A DNA stretch of 63,484 bases, filler included. It is 4 parts of 4 records of this genome, joined end to end, with 100 filler letters (N's around TTAATTAATTAA, not from the genome) between each part and the next. Parts side by side here need not be neighbours in the genome. Positions count along the whole stretch, not along the records: positions 42,169 to 53,207 come from DRR723986_8364; positions 53,308 to 63,484 come from DRR723986_8367; 2 more parts are not named here. One strand, given 5' to 3'. Below are positions 51,582 through 59,482 of this stretch, piece after piece. Made by a program: the position numbers and the translations under genes. How positions within the stretch are numbered: position 1 is the first letter of the stretch; every line of letters begins with the position of its first letter. The notes under the pieces are model-generated. The model had not been told where the DNA came from, did not search any database, and saw only the letters and a list, made by a program, of their open reading frames with translations.

Positions 51582-52889
51582 TCAGCGGACTACAAAAGTT
51601 CCGGAGCTGCGCAGCACGCCGCCAATCAATAACTGGTAGGTGTACAGCCCGGCCGCCAAATCTGCCGATCCAGGGCCGCCCAGCGGGATACGCGGGCTGG
51701 TCACGCTGTGACGCCACACAGCTACTCCGCTCGCAGCATACACGTGGAGTTCAGCCGCGCCCAGTCCGGCCGCAATCAGAGATTCAGGCACGCGAAGCAC
51801 TGCGCCGCGCTCAGCCGGGTGTGGCTGGATTTTGAGTGAAGTCTCCGAATCCAATTGTTCGGCAGCCGAAGTCACCTGATTTTGACGCCGGAAGACGCGC
51901 CCGCCATCCGCAAAGACAAAATCATAAGCGGCTCCACCCGGGCAGACACAGATTGCATCCATATCACCTGCAAACGGCGCGGTGCCACGGCTCCAGGTCT
52001 CACCGCCGTCGCTTGTGCGCAGGAATAATCCATCATAACCACAAGCATAACCTTCAAGGCTGTCGCGGAACTGCATGTCCGTGAAATAAAATGAGGATTG
52101 AGCTTCCCAGTTCGTATTCCAGGTGCTGCCGTCGTCGTCGGAGCTGCGCACAAAACCAAACTGTTCCGCAGGTATTGTCCCGCATACAACAATGCGGCCG
52201 CTTGCGAGCAGAAATACGTCAGTGATGTCAGCATTGGCCCCAAAATCATGCACCTGCCGCCAGTTGCGTCCGCCGTCCGTACTCGCCCAGAGTTCAGTCA
52301 TCCTCAGAAAGTTGGGCCCGCCAAGCGCATAAGCAGTCGAAGCATCAGCACGCACCACGTGGCGGTAGACCATTCCGTCCTGTAAACCCGCACCTTTTGC
52401 CCAGTTTTGGCCACCATCAACAGTCGTCAGAATCTGGCCGTCAGTTCCCGACATCATGCCGTCAAGGTCATCAACAAAACTCAAGTCATAGTACTGAAAG
52501 GCGGCGGTTGATCCTTCATCAAAGTATTGCGGGTCCAGATTGTCAAGTCGGTCCCCTTGCAGCAATACACCGGCAGATGGCGTCTGCGCATGGCCCGCAA
52601 TCAGGATCTCATTATTCCCGAGCACCTCAATTGTCTGCAGGTAGGTATCGCGAATCTGCCAGGATTCCCAGGAGTCGCCCCAGTCGGGGCTGTATGCCAC
52701 ATAAGAATGTGGTCCGGGCGTCCAGGCTGCCACAAACAGTTCACCATCGCGACTGCTGCGGACTTCACGCACCTGGGAGTCAAAGCCGGGAATATCAACG
52801 GCTTCCCATTGAGCCTGCGTCGCTGTCGGCCGGCACAGCAAAAGCGCACCGGCCATTATCACAATCAAACTTCGAATTGATATTTGCAT
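51582..52889 (-). CDS. YCF48/BNR-repeat beta-propeller protein with a T9SS-like C-terminal sorting domain
   Basis: Signal peptide AQAQW; repeated S/TxDGGxxW; C-terminal IQPHPA...LAAGLYTYQL. Confidence 0.8.
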   Translation of the reverse strand: MQISIRSLIVIMAGALLLCRPTATQAQWEAVDIPGFDSQVREVRSSRDGELFVAAWTPGPHSYVAYSPDWGDSWESWQIRDTYLQTIEVLGNNEILIAGHAQTPSAGVLLQGDRLDNLDPQYFDEGSTAAFQYYDLSFVDDLDGMMSGTDGQILTTVDGGQNWAKGAGLQDGMVYRHVVRADASTAYALGGPNFLRMTELWASTDGGRNWRQVHDFGANADITDVFLLASGRIVVCGTIPAEQFGFVRSSDDDGSTWNTNWEAQSSFYFTDMQFRDSLEGYACGYDGLFLRTSDGGETWSRGTAPFAGDMDAICVCPGGAAYDFVFADGGRVFRRQNQVTSAAEQLDSETSLKIQPHPAERGAVLRVPESLIAAGLGAAELHVYAASGVAVWRHSVTSPRIPLGGPGSADLAAGLYTYQLLIGGVLRSSGTFVVR

Positions 52890-53068
52890 TGAACAACACA
52901 TGTTATTTCCAGATTCATTAGCATCATAAAGCGACGACCGTTCAGCCCGCGAGCCGGATGTTGTTATCCGCGCTCCAGCCATCCCTGGCGTCAAAGTGCG
53001 AGGCGTCACGGTGCGCCGATGAGTTTGGTACTGGATCCTTTGTGCGTCTCGTAGTTCTTCAGCAAATA

Positions 53069-53207
53069 TCAGTGCACCCGAAACATTCCGGAGTCGAGTA
53101 CTTTTTGGCCACGCAGAACCTGAAACAGATAGACACCAGCGGCATATTCGGCACGCTTCAGTGTTAATTCTGCAATGTTCTGTGGAGCATTCTGTGGAGC
53201 ATTCTGT
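53069..53207 (-). CDS. C-terminal fragment of a second T9SS-like cargo protein
   Basis: Manual translation QNAPQNAPQNIAELTLKRAEYAAGVYLFQVLRGQKVLDSGMFRVH*; 12-bp tandem repeat TTCTGTGGAGCA at the contig end. Confidence 0.55.
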
Positions 53208-53307
53208 NNNNNNNNNNNNNNNNNNNNNNNNNNNNNNNNNNNNNNNNNNNNTTAATTAATTAANNNNNNNNNNNNNNNNNNNNNNNNNNNNNNNNNNNNN
53301 NNNNNNN
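53208..53307. other. Artificial contig linker
   Basis: N44-TTAATTAATTAA-N44. Confidence 0.98.
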
Positions 53308-53337
53308 GGCGGCGGTCCTTTTGGCGGACTTCAAGGG
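53308..53337. repeat. Terminal direct repeat, copy 1 (circular overlap)
   Basis: GGCGGCGGTCCTTTTGGCGGACTTCAAGGG, identical to 63455-63484. Confidence 0.97.
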
Positions 53338-53368
53338 TATCCGCTTCCCAGATCATGCGGGTTTCCAT
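53308..53368 (-). CDS. 5' end of the prohead protease (continues across the circular join at 63454)
   Basis: ATG overlaps the capsid stop (TAATG); reads METRMIWEADTLEVRQKDRR. Confidence 0.85.
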
Positions 53369-54630
53369 TATGCGCGGTCCTGCACACCAGTCAGTTTGAA
53401 GTAGTGTGTCGCGGCCCGTTGGATCAGCACGTCCACAAAGGCGAACATGGTCAGCGCGACCTTGCCCGTTTTGCTTTCGCTGTACGGATCAACCAGCATT
53501 TCAGGACTGCCCCACGTTGGTACATAGGCGTTGTTCGCACCTGCCCCAAAGTAGACAGTAGACGCCCCTTTGTCGGTTACGTCACGCGCCCCACGGGCCG
53601 AAACCTGACTTGACCAGAGAGGGCCAAAGCCTGCGGATTTCAGGCGGTCCAGTTCTGACACGGCGGTGCCACTGATCAGCGTATCGGCAAGGGTTTGATG
53701 CACGATAGGGGCACCTGCAATGCGCACCCCGGCGGGGTCAGACAGCTTTGCCGTTTCCTGAATTTCCGTTGCACGTAGCAGAAAGTCAGAGAAAGACGCC
53801 ACATCATCAAGGGCGGCTGTGCGGCCCCCTGTCAGTACGGTTTCAAAGCCTGCGGGCTGTTCATCGGCACCAGTGCCTTGGAACACGGCAAGGTCAATAC
53901 CTTCACGCAACACCTCAGACAGATCGCGGCGCAAGATCGCTTCAAGGGCGCTGTTCTGTTTGATCGCTTGGCGGGTCAGCAGATAGCGGCCCGTGGCGGT
54001 GTGGATTGCCGGATTGGTTGCCGTGGTGCTGATCGCGGCGGCATCGGCCCCGGCACCTTCAGCAACCCATGACATACCCGTGCCCCCGGTGATTTCAGGG
54101 AAAGAGGGTGCCCCCGTCACCTGCATCACGTTCACGCCAAACCGTTGCGCGGCAGAGCCTTCAAAGAACCGCTCAAGCGCGTTCATTGTGGGGCGGCTGG
54201 CAAGGTTGCCGGATACGTTGGTTGTGGCATCGGTCGCAACATCGGCACGGGTTTCCATAAGGCTTTCCCATGGAAAACGGACGCCTTTTGAACCTTCGCC
54301 GTGGCGCTGTTCAAGTTCGGCAGACACCTCAGCTTCACGGCCCGTCAAAGCCTTGCCATCGGTCAGAGAGGCAACCAGCCCTGACAGATTGTAACTGCGG
54401 CACTCACGTTTAAAATCAGTCTCAGCCTTATCCGGTTCTTTGATTTCGGCACGTTCTGCCCCCTCAATCAGTAGGGCGGCACGTAGTTCAACCTCGCCAC
54501 CTTCATAGGCTTCTGTCAGGGAACGCAGTTCTGTGCGGCCCTCGTCGTTGATTTCATCGGCCTTTTGGATGTTGGCCATTTTCTCACGGCGCTTGCTTTG
54601 CGCCAGTTGGATTTCCTGCGATTTCAACAT
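53368..54630 (-). CDS. HK97-fold major capsid protein with an N-terminal coiled-coil (delta-like) domain
   Basis: WVAEG, LEAILRRDL..LREGIDLAVFQGTG..QPAG, LVDPYSES..G. Confidence 0.9.
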   Translation of the reverse strand: MLKSQEIQLAQSKRREKMANIQKADEINDEGRTELRSLTEAYEGGEVELRAALLIEGAERAEIKEPDKAETDFKRECRSYNLSGLVASLTDGKALTGREAEVSAELEQRHGEGSKGVRFPWESLMETRADVATDATTNVSGNLASRPTMNALERFFEGSAAQRFGVNVMQVTGAPSFPEITGGTGMSWVAEGAGADAAAISTTATNPAIHTATGRYLLTRQAIKQNSALEAILRRDLSEVLREGIDLAVFQGTGADEQPAGFETVLTGGRTAALDDVASFSDFLLRATEIQETAKLSDPAGVRIAGAPIVHQTLADTLISGTAVSELDRLKSAGFGPLWSSQVSARGARDVTDKGASTVYFGAGANNAYVPTWGSPEMLVDPYSESKTGKVALTMFAFVDVLIQRAATHYFKLTGVQDRA

Positions 54631-54697
54631 GTTATGTTTCCTTTTTCGCTTTTATTTCAATGAGTTACGGGGTTTCGTGTGTGGGTTGCCGTTCATT

Positions 54698-55096
54698 TCA
54701 TGGCGGCACCTCAGGCTTGTGCAAAAGTGCTGACTTGTTGTCTGTGCAAATGATTGCACGAGAATTTTCGAAAATAGCGGCGTGATAGGCGCTGCGGCCC
54801 TTCACCTTTGTGCGGCGGGGGATAGAGCGGTCGGCCTTGGTGTGACCTTCCCAGCGTTCCATGCTTGATTTCTTGTTATGGCAGGGGACACAGAGCCATT
54901 GCAGGTTTGCCATATCCTTAGGATCAATGCCTTGTTCCTCGCATTTGGCGCGGCGGATTATGTGATCGGCATGGCCTTTCATGCCCAGAAAGCGGTTGCA
55001 TTTCTCACACCGGAACCCCGCACGTTCTGCCACGGCACGGCGGATGAATTTCCAGTCTGACTCATCAAGGGTTGATCTGTCCTGTTTGCGGGTCAC
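54698..55096 (-). CDS. HNH endonuclease (HK97 gp74-like packaging cofactor)
   Basis: CEKC...ADHII...NLQWLCVPCHNKKS; GTGA-coupled to terL. Confidence 0.9.
   Translation of the reverse strand: MTRKQDRSTLDESDWKFIRRAVAERAGFRCEKCNRFLGMKGHADHIIRRAKCEEQGIDPKDMANLQWLCVPCHNKKSSMERWEGHTKADRSIPRRTKVKGRSAYHAAIFENSRAIICTDNKSALLHKPEVPP
54744..54759 (-). promoter_or_regulatory. Palindromic operator, copy 1
   Basis: GTGCAATCATTTGCAC on the minus strand, about 115 bp upstream of the capsid start. Confidence 0.65.
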
Positions 55097-56619
55097 AACA
55101 CTGTCACCTCGTATTCAGGGGCGGGCGTGTCCATGTTCCGCACAAGGGCAGAACAGGCCAGCACCAAAGCCTGTGCAACATCAATGCGGGCGTGAGCGTG
55201 GGACTTGTCCAATTGCATGGCCCCGGTTGCCGACACCTTCACGTCAGCTTCGCCCATTGACGCTTCCAGCAAGAGGGACCGTTTCAGCTTGGCCTTGCCT
55301 GACAGGAACAAGCGGCGGGTGCCCCTGATATCGGCGTCACCGTCCTTCGGCCCGGTTCCTCTGAAGGTAATTGGCCAATCAATCTTGGCACGGGCCATTG
55401 CTGACCGAAATTCACCATCGCGGTAACGGTCACAAGATACAGACGCCACCGGATGATTGCCTATCAGGGCCACCAGTTCGGGAAGAAATTCGGCCAGATC
55501 GGTGACAGCGCCAGACGTTTCAATCAGTTCACCACGGTTGGCACATTCAAGCCATGTGGTGCCCACCAGATCACGCTTGCCGCGTTGCACAAGGTCAAGA
55601 TCGCCACCACCGGGGAAGGCACCTAGAACCTTGATCAGGCCACTTTCATAGCAGACAGCGGCGGCGGTCATGCTGGACGTGCCCCCAAGGTCAATCCCAA
55701 CGTGGCAGACTTCACCGGGGTCAGGCTCGATCTGATCGCGGTACGCCTTTTGCAGGGGATTAAGTTCAAGCAGCAGTTGCCGCGTAGGTGACAACTGCAT
55801 GTTTAGGTTCCAGACGTTGAAGTCTGTCATGGAGCCTGATTTCTCAGCCTTGCCGTGAGCGTCTTCCATGTACCGATAGGACTTGATTGACCCTAGGCCG
55901 GGGTTGGCCTTGATCCATGTTTCGGGGTCGCTTGGGTCGTCTTCTTTGTCTGCCCCGTAGAGGTGAACGCTTGTGCGGTCATCGGGGTTGTTGATCATGT
56001 CGTTATAGATCGGACTGTCACCACGGGTGCCCGTGATAAACACAGAACCGTCACGGGCGGCGGTTGCATCAAACACGTTTTGCAGGGTTTCGTTTTGACG
56101 GGACAAAAGGCCCGCTTCATCCACCATCGCCAGATCAAGGTTCAAGCCATGCCCCTGAGTTCTGGCACCGGACAAGATACGAAACTCACCGCCCTGAGGG
56201 CCAATCAATGCCCCCGGCTTGGGCTTGTAGCTTAGGTGCAGATCATCCCGGCCCACAAATTCCAGAAGTTCCAGCGCATACTGTGGGACAATCGCGGCAT
56301 GGCCTTCGGTTGGGGCGGTGATCGCGCCCTTGAACCCCGGCAAAAAGATCGGGCTATCCTCGCACATGCGGCCATTCACGATCAGAGCGCACAGCGTGGT
56401 TTTGCCTAGCTTACGCGGCGTGGACAGAATGGTTGTTCGATAGAGGGGGGAGGTGCCTTCTGTGGCGAGATAGTCCCGCACAACATCCAACTGAAACGGC
56501 TCAAGAACCACGGGATTGCCACGGTTGATACCAGCGGGCACCCGAAAAGTATCAGATACCCAATCAGCAAAGAGCGTGATTGAGTCCTTGGGTTTGGGTC
56601 GTTTGAGTATCAGCGCCAT
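55093..56619 (-). CDS. terL: Terminase large subunit (HK97/Terminase_1-like)
   Basis: LEPFQ, Walker A TPRKLGKTT, Walker B MVDEAG, WIKANPGLG, nuclease GIDLG and RIDVAQAL. Confidence 0.92.
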   Translation of the reverse strand: MALILKRPKPKDSITLFADWVSDTFRVPAGINRGNPVVLEPFQLDVVRDYLATEGTSPLYRTTILSTPRKLGKTTLCALIVNGRMCEDSPIFLPGFKGAITAPTEGHAAIVPQYALELLEFVGRDDLHLSYKPKPGALIGPQGGEFRILSGARTQGHGLNLDLAMVDEAGLLSRQNETLQNVFDATAARDGSVFITGTRGDSPIYNDMINNPDDRTSVHLYGADKEDDPSDPETWIKANPGLGSIKSYRYMEDAHGKAEKSGSMTDFNVWNLNMQLSPTRQLLLELNPLQKAYRDQIEPDPGEVCHVGIDLGGTSSMTAAAVCYESGLIKVLGAFPGGGDLDLVQRGKRDLVGTTWLECANRGELIETSGAVTDLAEFLPELVALIGNHPVASVSCDRYRDGEFRSAMARAKIDWPITFRGTGPKDGDADIRGTRRLFLSGKAKLKRSLLLEASMGEADVKVSATGAMQLDKSHAHARIDVAQALVLACSALVRNMDTPAPEYEVTVL

Positions 56620-56643
56620 GCTGTGTGCCTGTGCGGTTGTTTC

Positions 56644-57023
56644 GTGACATTTCGACAGGTCAGGGTTGGAGGGGGTGACGCACTCGCAATGAGTTTAGCC
56701 CGTTCCACTCCGATAGACGTGAGCCGGGTTCTCCTTACCCGGCAGGGGTCTCCAAGGTGTCGAAATGCCACTAAGAACCGGGACGGATAAGGAAACTGCT
56801 CGCAACCTTGATCAGCCCCGCCAGACTATCGCGCTAGGAGTAATAGCTAACAGGCTGGCGGCACCTAGTGACAGGTCTGATTTAACATAACATGGATTAT
56901 GGGGCAACACTTGATCTCTGGTCGCGGGTGCTGATCAGATAGGTTGGTGCCCCTGCTATCAACTTGGACGCAAACGCCTGAAGGTCAAGTTGATAGGTAT
57001 GGGGCACCATCTCAAAACTATCA
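56644..57023 (-). ncRNA. Densely structured non-coding region upstream of terL
   Basis: 14-bp stem 56644-56657/56758-56771 enclosing inner stems; stem 56818-56824/56855-56861; long hairpin 56945-57009. Confidence 0.45.
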
Positions 57024-57094
57024 GGGAGCCAACAGACTTGAGAGAGCCTTATCTTTACCATCCCCACCCCATGCTTGCAACTGTCTGTGTGTCT

Positions 57095-57110
57095 GTGCAA
57101 TCATTTGCAC
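57095..57110 (+). promoter_or_regulatory. Palindromic operator, copy 2
   Basis: GTGCAATCATTTGCAC in the divergent promoter region, 28 bp before the ATG at 57138. Confidence 0.7.
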
Positions 57111-57137
57111 GAACATACGCCAACAGGAGGTTTTGGC

Positions 57138-57335
57138 ATGTCTAAGGTTGATTGGTCACAGGTACAGCGTGGACGGTTCAAGAACGCGACAGTGCGGCCT
57201 AACACTCAGCCGTTCAATCTGCGGGTGCGGTTAACACCAACAGAAATGGACAGACTGAGGGACGTGGCAGCATTGGAGCAAACCACCATGGGCGATATTG
57301 CTGCAAAGCTGTTGTTGTCCTACCTAGACGACTAG
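57138..57335 (+). CDS. Small ribbon-helix-helix-like DNA-binding protein (65 aa)
   Basis: AGGAGG RBS; LRVRLTPTEMDRLRDVAALEQTTMGDIAAKLL. Confidence 0.7.
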   Translation: MSKVDWSQVQRGRFKNATVRPNTQPFNLRVRLTPTEMDRLRDVAALEQTTMGDIAAKLLLSYLDD

Positions 57336-57338
57336 GCC

Positions 57339-57587
57339 TTAACCTTGGTCTTCACCCATCAAGAAAATCCAGACCTTTATATAAACCCAACTGATCACAA
57401 AAAAGGTCGGTCCGTAGATCACGACGAAAAAGACCCGATCCATGAAGTCTGACAGGCTGTATCGCCCAGTTCGTTCTAGGTAGATCATCTCGGCGGCTTC
57501 ACCCACTGGCACTAGAACGTTCTGGCCAAGCATGATCAAAGTGAGAAGCCAGCATATTATGAATACAGTTGCTAGTAGACCTCGCAA
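57339..57587 (-). CDS. Small two-TM membrane protein
   Basis: Two hydrophobic segments; last gene of the par operon. Confidence 0.55.
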   Translation of the reverse strand: MRGLLATVFIICWLLTLIMLGQNVLVPVGEAAEMIYLERTGRYSLSDFMDRVFFVVIYGPTFFVISWVYIKVWIFLMGEDQG

Positions 57588-57602
57588 ACTTCCCAGCCTT
57601 CC

Positions 57603-57878
57603 TCAATATCCCTTTGACGTCAGAAAATCCTCAAGCAGAGCCTTGACCACGGCACCCTTGCTGATCTGGTGATCTGTGCTGAATTTCTTGAACCGTTGTG
57701 ACAGGCTTGGACTTACATCAACAGTCAGGCGCACCGTGCCTTCTGACTTAGCTTGTGCGGCCTCTTTCAGGGCTGTTGTGAGTGTTGTGCCCTCAATGTG
57801 CTGCACGTCACCTAGATGGCGCTGTGCGGCCTTCTTGTCATAGGTCGGTGCGGATTTGGTTTGCAGTGCTTTAGCCAT
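57603..57878 (-). CDS. ParG-like RHH partition adaptor
   Basis: Flexible N-tail plus VRLTVDVSPSLSQRFKKFS...VVKALLEDFL; overlaps the parA stop. Confidence 0.75.
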   Translation of the reverse strand: MAKALQTKSAPTYDKKAAQRHLGDVQHIEGTTLTTALKEAAQAKSEGTVRLTVDVSPSLSQRFKKFSTDHQISKGAVVKALLEDFLTSKGY

Positions 57879-58494
57879 GTTCCAGACACTCCTTTGTCAG
57901 GTTGGTTATTTCGCGGCGGGCTGGACTGATCGGTGCCCATTCCTGAATTGTCAGGGCTTGGCTGGACGCCTCAGCATGGGCAACACGCTCATGCACGATT
58001 GTGTTTGCCATTGGCAGATCAGGCCACGCTATCGCGTTGTTGATATTGAGATTGGCCCGCACACGGCTTTTCACCATGAGCAAGGGGATAGGTTCGCCCC
58101 GTTCTTGTTCGGCCCATCTTAACTGTTCCTCAGTCATGGCGGTGCCCCATGCGTCCAGACCAGACGCCGGAACCGGAATAATCACCAGATCGGCCAACAG
58201 AATGCAGGTTGCCGCCAGTTCATCACCACGGGGCGGTGCGTCGATCACAACGGCGGTGTTTGGATCATCCTGCATCAGGGCTTTGATTTGAAACGCCAGC
58301 GTGTCGTTTGGCAGGTGCCAGACAGTGAACGGCGCGGGTTCATCCCTGAGGGTGTTCCATGTGTTGATTGATCCTTGGGGGTCAGCGTCAATCAGGACAA
58401 CCTCCCTGCCCTGCCCCGCCAGTTCACCAGCAAGGGCCAGAGACAGGCTAGACTTGCCCGTGCCACCCTTAGAATTGACCACTGTCCAGATCAT
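57871..58494 (-). CDS. parA: ParA/ParF-type (Ib) partition ATPase
   Basis: KGGTGKS, LIDADPQGS, VIDAPP, ADLVIIPV; 207 aa, no N-terminal HTH. Confidence 0.92.
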   Translation of the reverse strand: MIWTVVNSKGGTGKSSLSLALAGELAGQGREVVLIDADPQGSINTWNTLRDEPAPFTVWHLPNDTLAFQIKALMQDDPNTAVVIDAPPRGDELAATCILLADLVIIPVPASGLDAWGTAMTEEQLRWAEQERGEPIPLLMVKSRVRANLNINNAIAWPDLPMANTIVHERVAHAEASSQALTIQEWAPISPARREITNLTKECLEHG

Positions 58495-58500
58495 TCTAAA

Positions 58501-58845
58501 TCACTCCGGTGATAACTGAATTATTTCTGTTACGAACAAGTCTCTACCATGTCCCCTAAAGAGAAATTCACCTCTGAATGTCGCAGTGCATGGCCCTTTG
58601 TGTTCACAAGCAATAATCCGTTGATATTTTGACGGCGACATACCGCTTTTAAGGTCGAAGAAGTATGTCTCTGAGTCATGATCCACGGTAAAAAAAAGTC
58701 CCGCGAGACCCTCACTGACCATTCCCGTAAAAACAACCTCTTGGCCATTTACGTGTGCAAGAAACCCTTGAATGTCCAAGGCTGTATCATCGGCATATAC
58801 TGGACTTGTAAGGCATAAGGCGATTGCTGTGATTAGGCGTTTCAT
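58501..58845 (-). CDS. Exported hypothetical protein
   Basis: Signal peptide MKRLITAIALCLTSPVYA; GGAGGG RBS; more AT-rich than its neighbours. Confidence 0.65.
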   Translation of the reverse strand: MKRLITAIALCLTSPVYADDTALDIQGFLAHVNGQEVVFTGMVSEGLAGLFFTVDHDSETYFFDLKSGMSPSKYQRIIACEHKGPCTATFRGEFLFRGHGRDLFVTEIIQLSPE

Positions 58846-58908
58846 GTCTACCCTCCATGGTGCGACTTGGCCAGCTTACGCCAGCCATGTTGTTTGCACA
58901 AGACAATC

Positions 58909-58930
58909 ACCGTGCAATCATTTGCACGGT
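58909..58930. promoter_or_regulatory. Palindromic operator, copy 3
   Basis: ACCGTGCAA-TCAT-TTGCACGGT with perfect 9-bp arms, upstream of the par operon. Confidence 0.7.
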
Positions 58931-58933
58931 AGA

Positions 58934-59167
58934 TCATAGACAGCTCACAATGGGGGACCGGGGTTCACGCTCACACTCGTAAACCTTGCCTTGATAGACC
59001 ACCAAGATTGTCCATGTGCCTAAGTTCACGTCTTCTGGTCTGCGGTCAGCAGGCACAAACTGTGAGGCAACAACTTTGCCTTCTCCCAAAATCTCAGCGG
59101 ATGATGCAGCAAGGGTGACCGTGGGAAGGCTCAGCAGAGCCGTGGCTAAAACGGTTCTCAAAATCAT
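58934..59167 (-). CDS. Small exported hypothetical protein
   Basis: Signal peptide MILRTVLATALLSLPTVTLA; AAGGAA RBS; C-terminal Cys pair. Confidence 0.6.
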   Translation of the reverse strand: MILRTVLATALLSLPTVTLAASSAEILGEGKVVASQFVPADRRPEDVNLGTWTILVVYQGKVYECEREPRSPIVSCL

Positions 59168-59242
59168 GGTTCAGTTTTCCTTTTCTAGGGCGGGGTTCTT
59201 AGCTCGTTTCATGGGGATTTGTCTTGCCCGCATAGGGCAGGG

Positions 59243-59482
59243 TCATTGGTGCCTCTTTGGTTCGTTGTTTTTCTTGGGATCGGTCAACATTTCTTCCATC
59301 GGCATGGTGTGGATCATCCTCAGGTGCATTTCGATCAGATGGCGGATTGCTACCCTGTGGTGCCATCCCATGCCCTCGCAATAGTTCATCCAAGCGGCTT
59401 TCATGTTCTCGGACATTTTCACCGTGGTCAGGGTTTCACCAGCAGAGCCGGACAAGTCGGGGGGGCTGTGTCGGTCGCTCAT
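59243..59482 (-). CDS. Small putative RHH/CopG-like protein
   Basis: ATGA-coupled to rep; TTVKMSENMKAAW...AIRHLIEMHL beta-alpha-alpha pattern. Confidence 0.5.
   Translation of the reverse strand: MSDRHSPPDLSGSAGETLTTVKMSENMKAAWMNYCEGMGWHHRVAIRHLIEMHLRMIHTMPMEEMLTDPKKNNEPKRHQ

Noticed and set aside
53308-53337. Terminal repeat read as an attL/attR or transposon end
   Set aside because: It lies inside the protease coding sequence, there is no integrase, and it behaves as an assembly overlap of a circle
56897-57100. 67-aa ORF as the small terminase
   Set aside because: No RBS or TerS-like features; it overlaps the hairpins and the operator, so it is probably spurious
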